DNA from: a virus
IMG/VR virus record: IMGVR_UViG_3300009496_000005
Span: 13,149 to 77,148 of that record
Length of the DNA: 64,000 nucleotides
Strand: one strand, 5' to 3'
Positions 1 to 9,406 of the stretch are shown one piece after another; the first letter of the stretch is position 1, and each line of letters starts with the position of its first letter. The position numbers were made by a program, and so were the translations under genes. The notes beneath the pieces were generated by a model that saw only the letters and a program-made list of their open reading frames with translations, had not been told where the DNA came from and did no database searches.

Positions 1-2
1 TT

Positions 3-152
3 GTTGCAGGATTAGTATTCGGTAACACTTTCTTCGTAGGAGATGTAGTTGAAAACATCACAGCATTGGTGGCAGGATTAGGAGAAGCAGGATTAGTAGG
101 TCTAATTGTTGCAATAATCTTAATCCATTTACTTGATCCTAAAGGCAAGTAA
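3..152 (+). CDS. small membrane protein, 5'-truncated by window edge
   Basis: Open frame VAGLVFGNTFFVGDVVENITALVAGLGEAGLVGLIVAIILIHLLDPKGK*, hydrophobic Gly-rich helix. Confidence 0.6.
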   Translation, partial: VAGLVFGNTFFVGDVVENITALVAGLGEAGLVGLIVAIILIHLLDPKGK

Positions 153-229
153 TACGCATCAAGGGTTGGGGTGGCCTATTTAACCGCCCCACTAACCTTA
201 TACAAAAATAATAACAAAGGAGAAATGTA

Positions 230-829
230 ATGATTAAATCATTCACAACTGCTTTTGCAGTTTTATTACTGGCAGGAATGCCTACAATGGCTACCGCTGG
301 TATATCAGCAGGTGCAGATAGTGATTATCTTTTCAGAGGTGTATCACAAACTGACGGCGGAGTATCTGCTTGGGCAGGCTATAGACACGACTTTGATAAT
401 GGCTTTTTGGCAGGTGCCTGGGTCGGTCAAGTTGACTTTGCAGACGGATCAGATTTAGAAACTGATTTATATGCTGGTTGGTCTAACGGAGACTGGTTAG
501 TAGGTTATATCGACTACAGTTATAATGGTGATGCAGACTTAGACGGCAGTGAGTTCTTTATCAGTAAAGAAGTTATGGGCGTATCAGTTGATTACTATTT
601 AGGTCAAGATGACTACACAGACTATTTGGAATTAGGATACTCTTTAATGGGATTCGACGTTTCTTATGGTATGTGGGATGAAGTTGGTGACAACCTTTCC
701 ATTAAGAAGTCATTTGATTTACCAATGGGATTAGAAGGTTCAGTAGGCCTTGTCAGTTTTATGGCTGATGATGCCTCAGAAATGGAAGACGAAGACAGTT
801 TCGTTCTTTCTGTTTCTAAATCATTCTAA
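230..829 (+). CDS. TorF-family putative outer-membrane porin
   Basis: Signal peptide, SDYLFRGVSQT signature, ETDLYAGW, C-terminal Phe (SVSKSF); SD AAGGAG. Confidence 0.8.
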   Translation: MIKSFTTAFAVLLLAGMPTMATAGISAGADSDYLFRGVSQTDGGVSAWAGYRHDFDNGFLAGAWVGQVDFADGSDLETDLYAGWSNGDWLVGYIDYSYNGDADLDGSEFFISKEVMGVSVDYYLGQDDYTDYLELGYSLMGFDVSYGMWDEVGDNLSIKKSFDLPMGLEGSVGLVSFMADDASEMEDEDSFVLSVSKSF

Positions 830-842
830 CATATACACAATT

Positions 843-875
843 AAAAAAGCACATCTTCGGTTGTGCTTTTTTTTT
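843..875 (+). terminator. intrinsic terminator
   Basis: AAAAAAGCACA-TCTTCGGT-TGTGCTTTTTTTTT hairpin with T-tract. Confidence 0.85.
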
Positions 876-916
876 GACTAAAATAACCATAAAACTTAAC
901 ACATCTGTTAATAGTC

Positions 917-924
917 GATAAATA
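917..924 (+). promoter_or_regulatory. late-type promoter motif GATAAATA
   Basis: Same 8-mer recurs in intergenic gaps at 3120, 15813, 22522, 22984, 28532, 35801 and 56671; resembles T4 late TATAAATA. Confidence 0.6.
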
Positions 925-927
925 CAA

Positions 928-1072
928 ATGAAGATCCAGCAAGTCTCTTCATCAACATCCACTTTGCTAGTGCTTCTCATTATGAAGGCTAACCAAAAAG
1001 TTAAGGAACTTTTTTGTGTATGAGCATTGTCCGTAAGGAGATGTGAACGAGTTGCTATAACATATAGAACTT
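928..1072 (+). ncRNA. candidate structured leader / small RNA
   Basis: Five consecutive hairpins between late motif and SD of a small ORF. Confidence 0.35.
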
Positions 1073-1085
1073 GGAGAACAGTCAC

Positions 1086-1226
1086 ATGACAACTTTAGTT
1101 AAGGTTGCAAGGAACATTCGTAAAAATTTTAGATCAAACGCATTAGAGAACGACGATTTAGTTATGCTCTTTATTATTGCTGTGACATTTTATACTATGA
1201 TACTTGCTATGGCACCGATCATATAG
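1086..1226 (+). CDS. 46-aa peptide with basic N-terminus and C-terminal TM helix
   Basis: GGAG SD at 1073; MTTLVKVARNIRKNFRSNALENDDLVMLFIIAVTFYTMILAMAPII*. Confidence 0.6.
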   Translation: MTTLVKVARNIRKNFRSNALENDDLVMLFIIAVTFYTMILAMAPII

Positions 1227-1256
1227 ATAAAGACCATAAAATTACCTCAATAGACC

Positions 1257-1279
1257 AAGCACTCTTCGGAGTGCTTTTT
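1257..1279. terminator. intrinsic terminator at convergent junction
   Basis: AAGCACTC-TTCG-GAGTGCTTTTT; identical core at 31787. Confidence 0.85.
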
Positions 1280-1280
1280 C

Positions 1281-3101
1281 TTATGTGATATTATATTTTC
1301 CGTATCCGAATCTACGTCTGAAGTATAGTTTTTCTAGATGATCATCTAGTGAATGAGATTGGTCGTGTTCAAAGGATACATAAGTTCTACCTTGCCTTAC
1401 TTGGCCTTCTCGTCCTTTTAGATATTCAAACCAATGTGCATTGTAGCATTTTTTAAACTGGTAGTCATTTATCTTCTCAGGACTATACATAAAGTCGCAT
1501 TGTGCTTCTAACAGTTCACTTGGTAAGTCATTGAATGTATCTTTTATAAATGTTTGTGTTGCTTCCCAATTTTCATGCAACAGCCTATTCAAATACCAAA
1601 GCAGAGTATGTCCACTATAAGGACTAGGTTTGCCTTGTGTGTAGTCTCGAATAATGCTTTCTACCTTACGCCAAATATCTCCCACTGGTCCTTGATCACT
1701 AGCCAAGCAATCAAACAAGCGATCATAAAACTGTCTGTATTGTTCTGTATTAGATTGATGCGAATACCTAGCAAGTAATTGTGTCCAGCCTCCACAATGA
1801 AAGTTAATTATCATTGTTGCATACATCCAACTGTCTATAAAATCTTTGTAAGGCATTGTCTTTGTGCCAACTACAACTTCTGTTCGTTCTAGTATGCCGT
1901 CGTCATCGTCGTCTAAGTCTCCACTAACATATCCTGCTAGTTCTACAGTTTCAAATTGATATTCTTCTTTATGCTCTGGTGCATTACTTTGTGCATTCTC
2001 TAATATTTGATGGAACCATATCTCTATACTGTTATGCTGTCCTATGTCTAACACTTCTGCTAAACCCTTACGCCAACTGTCAGGTGTTTCTAAAGGCAAA
2101 GGTAGTATTAGTTCTGTGTATGTTCCCAATCCTTCTGCTTCAATTAAATCAAACATATCTTTTAAATGCGACATGTCCATATTCTTTCTTTCTATTGCCT
2201 TCAATACATCTGTATCCATGCTTTGAACACTTAGAGTCATTCCTCTATTCATGCCATTGCTTGTTAGTTTTTTAACAATTGGTATTACATTTTGTTTAGA
2301 GTTCTTATGCCAGTTAGCATTAAATACTTTTGGATAGCCATACTTGTCTTGAACCTCTAACATTACATCTACTATCTCTGAATCTCGTTCCGGAAACACA
2401 CCAAAGTTAGCATCTGCTACAAAGATATATTCTATTTTGTTCTTGCCTAGCCATTCTATTTCTTGATATACCTTTGGCACAGGAAACTTTTTAATCTTAC
2501 TGTAAGTTAAACTACCCCAATCACAAAAACTACATTTAAAAGGACATCCTCTATTTGTTTCTAGTGTGGTGCTCCATTTTATATCTGGGTTCTCTTTTAT
2601 TATATTATCAAAGAATCCATTTATATACGGACTAGGTATATCTAAATCCATAAGCCTTGTTGCTTCGTATGTTTTTTGTATTGTTCCTGTTTCTTTTAGA
2701 TCATTAATAAGTTTCTCAAAACTTAATTCTCCTTCACTGACAATCCAACTGTCTACCCAATTAAATTCTTTTTGCTGTTCTTCTAATCTAAACTCGCTTA
2801 CTTGTGGTCCGCCAAATACAATAATAGCATCTGGATTGATCTCTTTGATACGTTTGGATAGTTCTAGGTTGTATTCCCAATTCCACATGTAGCAACTAAA
2901 CAATACCATGTCGTCATTACGCATACTCTTAGACGCATTGTGAACAGCCTCACGCCTAAATACTACTCTATTGACATCAAAGTATCCAGGATTTTTATCT
3001 TCAACGAATGTATACACACATGCAATGCTATGTGGTAACCAGTATCCTGAAAATATTTTGCCACCCTGTCTAAAGTTTGGCTGGACTAATGATATTTGCA
3101 T
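1281..3101 (-). CDS. B12-binding-domain radical SAM protein
   Basis: ETNRGCPFKCSFC (CxxxCxxC), N-terminal cobalamin-binding-like FSCYMWN..VFGGPQV, DANFG; ATG 3101 lies 5 nt after TAAATA. Confidence 0.85.
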   Translation of the reverse strand: MQISLVQPNFRQGGKIFSGYWLPHSIACVYTFVEDKNPGYFDVNRVVFRREAVHNASKSMRNDDMVLFSCYMWNWEYNLELSKRIKEINPDAIIVFGGPQVSEFRLEEQQKEFNWVDSWIVSEGELSFEKLINDLKETGTIQKTYEATRLMDLDIPSPYINGFFDNIIKENPDIKWSTTLETNRGCPFKCSFCDWGSLTYSKIKKFPVPKVYQEIEWLGKNKIEYIFVADANFGVFPERDSEIVDVMLEVQDKYGYPKVFNANWHKNSKQNVIPIVKKLTSNGMNRGMTLSVQSMDTDVLKAIERKNMDMSHLKDMFDLIEAEGLGTYTELILPLPLETPDSWRKGLAEVLDIGQHNSIEIWFHQILENAQSNAPEHKEEYQFETVELAGYVSGDLDDDDDGILERTEVVVGTKTMPYKDFIDSWMYATMIINFHCGGWTQLLARYSHQSNTEQYRQFYDRLFDCLASDQGPVGDIWRKVESIIRDYTQGKPSPYSGHTLLWYLNRLLHENWEATQTFIKDTFNDLPSELLEAQCDFMYSPEKINDYQFKKCYNAHWFEYLKGREGQVRQGRTYVSFEHDQSHSLDDHLEKLYFRRRFGYGKYNIT

Positions 3102-3119
3102 ACTACTATTTAACAAAAA

Positions 3120-3127
3120 GATAAATA
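3120..3127 (+). promoter_or_regulatory. late-type promoter, back-to-back with minus-strand TAAATA at 3107-3112
   Basis: GATAAATA motif. Confidence 0.6.
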
Positions 3128-3153
3128 GTTGTATAATTTATTAGGAGAGTATA

Positions 3154-3519
3154 ATGGCAGATAACAGAGTTTATCCTTCAAATACAGACGAACAAGCAAA
3201 TGTGGCGGCTACATTGGCAGGTGTTTCTAAGTCAGATCTAGTTAGAGGAACACACTTAGGTGCTGAAAATCCAAATGGTGCTCAAGGTTCTAGCCCAACT
3301 TCATTTGACGGGTATACACCTATACATTTAATTAATGATCCAAGCGATGGTATTAATGATGGCGCAAAGTATGTAACTTATTTCCAAAAAGATGACACAA
3401 GTCCAGCAGAATTCTACAAGGCAGTTAATGCAGATGTTTCAACACTAGCACAATTAACGTCTGGTGCTGAGTTTGATTTAGTGAGTCCAAAGGAATTAAA
3501 CCGCAACGGCATCGAATAA
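3154..3519 (+). CDS. hypothetical protein (late, possibly virion)
   Basis: ORF with AGGAGA SD downstream of GATAAATA. Confidence 0.6.
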   Translation: MADNRVYPSNTDEQANVAATLAGVSKSDLVRGTHLGAENPNGAQGSSPTSFDGYTPIHLINDPSDGINDGAKYVTYFQKDDTSPAEFYKAVNADVSTLAQLTSGAEFDLVSPKELNRNGIE

Positions 3520-3522
3520 TAC

Positions 3523-3551
3523 TTGACAAATAGTAAATATCATAGTAATAT
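3523..3551 (+). promoter_or_regulatory. sigma70-type promoter (leaderless)
   Basis: TTGACA-N17-TAATAT, ATG 6 nt later. Confidence 0.65.
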
Positions 3552-3557
3552 ATAACT

Positions 3558-3947
3558 ATGGTCAATTCCTTACAACAATTCGTAGATACATTTGAAGCAT
3601 TAGGCGATCCTAATGCTATCTATGAATACGTCTTAGACTTCGGTTCAGATACCAACGAAACTATAGAAAGAATACAAGATAACTTTGTTTATGGTTGTCA
3701 GAGTGAAGTCTGGGTCGATGGTATAGAAGAAGCATTAGGTTGGAAGTTTGAACTAGTAAGTGATGCTTACATTGTAAACGGTATAGGTAATATCATGTGT
3801 GACTGTATGAAGGGATTGAGCACTCCTGAGATAGAAGCATTACAATGGGAAGATTTTGCACCACTAGGCAGATACTTTAGTCAACAAAGAAAACAAGGAA
3901 TGCAAGCCATACTTAATAAATGTAAAAAAATAACACGAGGCGAATAA
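3558..3947 (+). CDS. sufE: SufE-family Fe-S cluster sulfur acceptor
   Basis: VYGCQSEVW motif, [12 protein letters not shown]. Confidence 0.8.
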   Translation: MVNSLQQFVDTFEALGDPNAIYEYVLDFGSDTNETIERIQDNFVYGCQSEVWVDGIEEALGWKFELVSDAYIVNGIGNIMCDCMKGLSTPEIEALQWEDFAPLGRYFSQQRKQGMQAILNKCKKITRGE

Positions 3948-4534
3948 TGAATTTTATACCATATGTAATAGAGAAGACAGCACAAGGTGAACGTAGTTAC
4001 GACATCTATAGTAGACTGTTAAAAGAAAGAATAGTATTTCTCAACGGAGAAGTAAATGATCAAGTATCAAATAGTATTTGTGCTCAGTTACTTTTCTTAG
4101 AAGCAGACGATCCGGATGCCGATATTAATTTTTATATTAATAGTCCAGGTGGAACTGTAACAAGTGGTATGGCAATGTATGATACTATGCAATATATCAA
4201 ACCAGATGTATCAACTATTGTAATGGGACAAGCGGCCAGCATGGGTTCATTTCTTGCTAACAGTGGTGCTCCTGGTAAACGTTTCATGTTACCTGGTGCT
4301 AGGCATATGATCCATCAACCATTAGGTGGTGCTAGTGGACAAGCAAGTGATATTCAGATCCGTGCTAACGAGATTATCCGTATTAAAAAAGAACTCACAG
4401 AAGCATACGTCAAACACAATACCAAAGGTAAAACTTATGAAGAGTTTGAGGCGGCTATGGATAGAGATAACTTTATGAATGCTCAAGAAGCCTTAGACTT
4501 TGGACTTGTAGACGAGATTATCGAGAAGAGATAA
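3947..4534 (+). CDS. clpP: ATP-dependent Clp protease proteolytic subunit
   Basis: [23 protein letters not shown] (Ser), MIHQP (His), RDNFM (Asp). Confidence 0.97.
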   Translation: MNFIPYVIEKTAQGERSYDIYSRLLKERIVFLNGEVNDQVSNSICAQLLFLEADDPDADINFYINSPGGTVTSGMAMYDTMQYIKPDVSTIVMGQAASMGSFLANSGAPGKRFMLPGARHMIHQPLGGASGQASDIQIRANEIIRIKKELTEAYVKHNTKGKTYEEFEAAMDRDNFMNAQEALDFGLVDEIIEKR

Positions 4535-4536
4535 TT

Positions 4537-5025
4537 GTGCAGAGATTTAATAAGTTAATCTCTGATGAGACTGTTCAATCTGTATTTAAACTTTACCACA
4601 ATTCTGTAAACAGAGTAACATTAGATGATCAAGTAGTTGATAGGCACGCCCCTAGTGCCGTTGGACACTTTATGTTATCTAAGTTTACCAACGACGAATT
4701 TGATTTTGTTTGGCAAGAAGTTAAAGAGCAAATAAAAGACCACAGTTTAGTTTATGCTAGAGTATTAAAATATAACAGAGGATGCTTTATACAGCCTCAC
4801 ACTGACTCTTACAAGCAAGGGCAACAAGATAGTAACAAGAGTTTAATTATACAACTAAATGCAACTACTGACTTTAAAGGTGGTGCCGCATTTGTTAATA
4901 AAGAACTTATAGAACTAGAGCAAAAAGATGGTGTGCTATATGAGTATAACGAATTACATGAAGTAAAACCCGTCTTAAAAGGTCTTCGCTATGTTGTTAA
5001 TCTGCGACTTAAATCAGATAAGTAA
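4537..5025 (+). CDS. 2OG-Fe(II) oxygenase
   Basis: HTD...FKGG...HEVKPV..G.R motif. Confidence 0.8.
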   Translation: MQRFNKLISDETVQSVFKLYHNSVNRVTLDDQVVDRHAPSAVGHFMLSKFTNDEFDFVWQEVKEQIKDHSLVYARVLKYNRGCFIQPHTDSYKQGQQDSNKSLIIQLNATTDFKGGAAFVNKELIELEQKDGVLYEYNELHEVKPVLKGLRYVVNLRLKSDK

Positions 5026-5043
5026 TACATATAGGAGGCATTT

Positions 5044-5193
5044 ATGGATGAGTTAAAACAATTTAAACCTGAGGTTTATACCCCAACAAAAAAGAAATTA
5101 GATGAAAATAATTATGACGAAGATGGAGTTTTACATGAGAACTGTGGGACACCTGAATGCTGTCAAAAATGTGATACAGACACAGAGGAATAA
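5044..5193 (+). CDS. 49-aa Cys-rich acidic peptide
   Basis: AGGAGG SD; ..LHENCGTPECCQKCD..; not in ORF track (<60 aa). Confidence 0.65.
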   Translation: MDELKQFKPEVYTPTKKKLDENNYDEDGVLHENCGTPECCQKCDTDTEE

Positions 5194-6062
5194 TGAAAGC
5201 AAATTTTAGTTTTTTAGAATACAGTTTCAATTCTAATCTAGGTTCACCTGCTAAACTATATCAGAGACTAGAATTGTTAGGCTGGACACTTAGAAGTAGA
5301 CACAAAAATAGTGGAGCATCTATTTGGAATCAAAACAAAAGTATTATATTATTAAAGGATAACATTAACATACCTACAAAGTTCAAAGCAACTGGAGTAG
5401 GTTTCATGATACCATCACTCACAGACATCACATTGCCTAATACAGAATTTGATCCTACTACAGGATTTTATAAACACACAAACGATTTACACAACTTTAA
5501 CATCTATCTAGTAAGCGAAAGCATTATGAATCAAAAAGTAGAAGATGAATATACAGTTGTTAACGACAGGCCTGCTAACAATACAGCAGGATTAGATACA
5601 ACCACAGGTCTTATTATTAATAATAAAGACGGAAAGATAGAAGAATTATTTAAGCAACTAGGATTTACTAGTGAGGATAAGCAAGGTAAGTATACAAGAT
5701 TAACATCAACTATAAGCAAGTTTACAATAATGATAGACAATAGTGATAACACTGGCATTAGATCTTTTATTATTGATACGCCAGATGTATTTAGATCTAC
5801 AGCATTATATTCTATTAAGAAAGTAAACCTACTTGATGTTAAACACGATCAAGACTTATCTGCTTTTGGCAAACTTGAACACAAGATTAAAGGTTACAAT
5901 ATTAAAGCATGGGGAAATGAAGAAAGCCACAGTTTAGAAAATGTTGTTCCTAAACAAGAATTCTTTCCAACTGATATTATTTTTAGACAACGTAGACAGT
6001 ATTTAAAAATTAATCAATACACACTTGAATATTATGACAGCCTCAACAACTCTACGCAGTAA
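5193..6062 (+). CDS. degenerate 4-hydroxyphenylpyruvate dioxygenase (VOC fold)-like protein
   Basis: FSFLEY..LELLGW..RSRHK....IWNQ resembles the HPPD N-terminus; C-terminal IIFRQR; metal His not evident. Confidence 0.5.
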   Translation: MKANFSFLEYSFNSNLGSPAKLYQRLELLGWTLRSRHKNSGASIWNQNKSIILLKDNINIPTKFKATGVGFMIPSLTDITLPNTEFDPTTGFYKHTNDLHNFNIYLVSESIMNQKVEDEYTVVNDRPANNTAGLDTTTGLIINNKDGKIEELFKQLGFTSEDKQGKYTRLTSTISKFTIMIDNSDNTGIRSFIIDTPDVFRSTALYSIKKVNLLDVKHDQDLSAFGKLEHKIKGYNIKAWGNEESHSLENVVPKQEFFPTDIIFRQRRQYLKINQYTLEYYDSLNNSTQ

Positions 6063-6366
6063 AACATATATGGATGTATTTCCAGATGATGAGATGCTAG
6101 ACGCATTTGGACATTTACACCCTAATGTTACAGAAAGAAATGCATACTTTTTTGACAAGTGGATGGAGTGGAGAGTAAACAGAATTAAAATCAAAGGTGT
6201 TACAAATAAAGCACAATCAAGCAGAACAGAAAACGAAATAAAAAACATTTGCAAAACTATAGGACTTAGAGAGTTTTGGGACTTTCAAGTTAAGCCTGGC
6301 GAAGTAAGGTTTGCTCAGGCAGACTATATGGCAATGTTTAGAATTAAATGGGGCAACAATGGATAA
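6025..6366 (+). CDS. hypothetical protein
   Basis: ORF in operon; start uncertain. Confidence 0.55.
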   Translation: MNIMTASTTLRSKTYMDVFPDDEMLDAFGHLHPNVTERNAYFFDKWMEWRVNRIKIKGVTNKAQSSRTENEIKNICKTIGLREFWDFQVKPGEVRFAQADYMAMFRIKWGNNG

Positions 6367-6679
6367 TTGGGAAAAGTATCAAAGTTTAAATGAAGATGCA
6401 CTCTTAGATGAAATACAAAAGATTCATAAAAGATTATTTAAAGTAAAGCCTGGAACTGTTATGTATAATCAAATAAAAGGTATGTTAGACATGGCTGAAA
6501 TGGCATACCGTGATAAGATAGCAATAGTAAATTTAAAAAGTGATACATCTCCTAGTATGATGGAGATAGGTAATATAGACGGTTCCTACGAGCAAGTAGA
6601 TTATAGTCCTGAAGCACTTCTTAATCTAACAGTAGAATCATACACAAAAACATTAAGAGGTAAAATAAAAAAATCATGA
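6359..6679 (+). CDS. hypothetical protein
   Basis: Overlapping ORF in operon. Confidence 0.6.
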   Translation: MDNWEKYQSLNEDALLDEIQKIHKRLFKVKPGTVMYNQIKGMLDMAEMAYRDKIAIVNLKSDTSPSMMEIGNIDGSYEQVDYSPEALLNLTVESYTKTLRGKIKKS

Positions 6680-7395
6680 AAAGTCTAAGATTACATAAGA
6701 TGGTATCTATAAAATTGCTGTTTGTAAATCCAGAAGCAAGAATGTTAGAGCAAAAGGATTACGAAATTGAGTTTTCAATACATACAGAAGGTGTAGAAGG
6801 TGCTACCCAAGGAGCAATAAGTCAAAACAAAGGCTTTCAAAAGATTGTATATTTGCTTACTGACATTATAAATGAGAGCATTGTTTATGCTCCGGAGCAA
6901 ATACCTTTAATGGAAAAATACTTTGCAGAATACGACAATAACTTTTTTGTTCTACCTATCATATCAGAAACTATGTTGATAGAAACTCTACATTCTAAAT
7001 TTAACTCTGTAGTAGATGATAATACATTTGTAGATTTTATATCACTTAAAGATAAATCAGCACAACTAGGATACACTTACTTAAATGATGAACCAGGTGA
7101 CTACGATTTACCTGTAGACAATACTTGGATAGGTGCTTTTCCTTTTTGGGATAGACCATGGTGGGAAAGATATGACTCTACTACATTTGATAACTCAGGC
7201 AAGGATAAAGAAGAGCAACAAACTGTAATAGAAAGTAGAGCAGAACAAGGTGTAGACAGATTAACTACAATGGTATTTGATGAGATAGATAAGAATATAG
7301 AAGATATGTTAGGCGAACCTAAGTCAGGAGAAGTAATAGATATTCAAGATATCATAAAACGCAGAGAAGCAAAATGGAAACCAACTTTAGTTTAA
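6676..7395 (+). CDS. hypothetical protein
   Basis: 239-aa ORF overlapping the upstream stop (ATGA). Confidence 0.65.
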   Translation: MKSLRLHKMVSIKLLFVNPEARMLEQKDYEIEFSIHTEGVEGATQGAISQNKGFQKIVYLLTDIINESIVYAPEQIPLMEKYFAEYDNNFFVLPIISETMLIETLHSKFNSVVDDNTFVDFISLKDKSAQLGYTYLNDEPGDYDLPVDNTWIGAFPFWDRPWWERYDSTTFDNSGKDKEEQQTVIESRAEQGVDRLTTMVFDEIDKNIEDMLGEPKSGEVIDIQDIIKRREAKWKPTLV

Positions 7396-8090
7396 ATCAC
7401 GCAGAATATATAGAACGCAATAAATTATTAGCAGAAGAGAATGCGTTCAGTGGTAAAGCATTATTAGAATGGCATAAGGCTGTAATATGGCATTGCATGA
7501 TTAGACATTACTCGCCTACACAATGGATGGATTATGGTTGTGGTCCTGCATTCTCCTATCAGGAAGGAGAGCAAATGCATAGTATTATTGCTGAAACTAA
7601 CAGCAAAGAGCCAATATTATATGATCCTTGCCATGAACCTTACAATACATTTCCAACTGTTGAAAGTGTCCCAGGCGTAGTTTGTGTAGATGTTTTAGAA
7701 CATATACCTGCAACAGACACATCAGCAACATTAGATTACCTTTTTAATGTTTGCAGTGAATGGATGTTCCTGTTTATATCAACCAAACGAGGAGCAAGAG
7801 GATTCATTAATCATCATGAGTCTACACATTGCACACTCAAAACTAGACAAGAATGGGTAAACATTGTAGATAGTTATGCAGTAAGCAAAGGCATACCTGT
7901 AGTATTAGCAACAGACTATGTAGGAGATTCTTTTGATCACGATGGTAAAGGTATGACATATGATCATTGGAATATGCCTGTTAGTTTAGTAGATAAAATA
8001 AAATCAAGTAGAGCAAGTTTTTATGAATATAGTCCAGATAGAACAGAAATGTATCCATGGGACTTGACAAATAGTAACTTTGACATATAA
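7374..8090 (+). CDS. class I SAM-dependent methyltransferase-like protein
   Basis: MDYGCG motif I, LYDP, CVDVLEHIP. Confidence 0.7.
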   Translation: METNFSLNHAEYIERNKLLAEENAFSGKALLEWHKAVIWHCMIRHYSPTQWMDYGCGPAFSYQEGEQMHSIIAETNSKEPILYDPCHEPYNTFPTVESVPGVVCVDVLEHIPATDTSATLDYLFNVCSEWMFLFISTKRGARGFINHHESTHCTLKTRQEWVNIVDSYAVSKGIPVVLATDYVGDSFDHDGKGMTYDHWNMPVSLVDKIKSSRASFYEYSPDRTEMYPWDLTNSNFDI

Positions 8091-8091
8091 T
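8064..8091 (+). promoter_or_regulatory. sigma70-type promoter
   Basis: TTGACA-N16-TATAAT, ATG 7 nt later. Confidence 0.6.
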
Positions 8092-8098
8092 ATATAGT

Positions 8099-8572
8099 AT
8101 GGATAAAAGTCTAGCGACAGAACAGCAAGGTATTGAATTACTGTATAGAGGTGAGAACATTGAAGATGTTCCTTTTATAGATGCAGAGCAATACAACGAG
8201 TTTGCAAAAGAATTAGACCTGCCCTCGATTACTGATACAGCAGATTGGAGTCTAGACTTTAACATACCGCAACACTACAAAGACTTAGACGTAGAGGAAT
8301 ATGTTAGAAGGTTAGTTCCTAACGTAAAGGACCAGACTGATAAACTGGCTTACCTTAATAGAGTAGAAGAGGAACTAGCACTTTACAAAGCCAGGAACTT
8401 ATATCCTATGTTACAATTAATGATATATATAATTGATACCTTTAAAAAGAATAATCTTGTTAGAGGCGTTGGCCGAGGTAGTAGTGTTGCAAGTTATGTG
8501 CTCTATTTAATCGGTGTGCATAAGGTTAATAGTTATAAATATAAGTTAAACATTAGAGAGTTTTTAAAATAA
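8099..8572 (+). CDS. DNA polymerase III alpha (DnaE)-like fragment
   Basis: RVEEELALY...YIID....N.VRGVGRGSSVASYVLYLIG; only 157 aa. Confidence 0.8.
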   Translation: MDKSLATEQQGIELLYRGENIEDVPFIDAEQYNEFAKELDLPSITDTADWSLDFNIPQHYKDLDVEEYVRRLVPNVKDQTDKLAYLNRVEEELALYKARNLYPMLQLMIYIIDTFKKNNLVRGVGRGSSVASYVLYLIGVHKVNSYKYKLNIREFLK

Positions 8573-9063
8573 TGGTGCAAAAGAAAACAAGTAGAGGCGC
8601 AATAATAGATTTTGACGCAATGGTCCGAGCAGGTGAAAATGAACGTGCTATCGGTAATATGCCTGTGAATGCAAAAGGTGATGTTGTAAAAGGTAGTGGC
8701 GTAGTTAAAAGCAATGAAGAAAGAGTTAGAGAATACTACGAAACTACTAAAACAGTAACACAAGAAAAAACAAGCCTCAAAGGTGATGCTCCAGTAGTAT
8801 CAGGTGAGGTAAGCAAAGTCGCACAACCTAAAACTGCAGATACACAAAAAGAAAACATTAGAACACAAGAGGCACAGGAACAGGCTAAGAAAAATTTAAC
8901 ACCTGATCCAGTGCCAGAACCAGAACCAGAGGCACCACTAGGTGAGAGTTTTGACGAACGGGAGCCACTAGGCTTCAAAGAAGTAGAACTTCCTAACGGT
9001 GACATAGAAATGGTTCCTTATTACACAGAGGAAGATGCACCAAATGAGACTAAGAGCACTTAG
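8572..9063 (+). CDS. hypothetical protein
   Basis: ORF; AIGNMPVNAKGD motif, PEPEPE linker. Confidence 0.65.
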   Translation: MVQKKTSRGAIIDFDAMVRAGENERAIGNMPVNAKGDVVKGSGVVKSNEERVREYYETTKTVTQEKTSLKGDAPVVSGEVSKVAQPKTADTQKENIRTQEAQEQAKKNLTPDPVPEPEPEAPLGESFDEREPLGFKEVELPNGDIEMVPYYTEEDAPNETKST

Positions 9064-9406
9064 CGATAATATACTTTGTATCGAAGGAGACTTCGGTGAC
9101 CAACAAACAGAATCCGGTATAATTGTAAAATCCACTATAGGCAAAGCAGAAGGAGTTGTTCCAAGATGGTTCAAAGTCTTTGAAGTTGGGCCTAAGATCA
9201 ATTGGCTAAAGCCAGGTCAGTATGTTTATGTGCAACATGGCCGTTGGACTGAAGGATTTAAAGCCACAGATGATAGGTTAGACCCAGATCAAAAAGTTTG
9301 GAAAGTAGAACCCAAAGCATGTATGCTTGTTAGTGATGATAAGCCTGATATGTCAATTAACCTTACTGACTCAACCGTGTCAGCATTTAAAAAAACAAGA
9401 GACTAA
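9044..9406 (+). CDS. GroES-like co-chaperonin
   Basis: LRALSDNIL...QTESGIIV...VFEVGP...LKPGQYV. Confidence 0.7.
   Translation: MRLRALSDNILCIEGDFGDQQTESGIIVKSTIGKAEGVVPRWFKVFEVGPKINWLKPGQYVYVQHGRWTEGFKATDDRLDPDQKVWKVEPKACMLVSDDKPDMSINLTDSTVSAFKKTRD

Noticed and set aside
1018-1050. Hammerhead-like look of TATGAG..TCCGTAAGGA..GAAC
   Set aside because: Lacks the CTGATGA and GAAA core and the flanking stems
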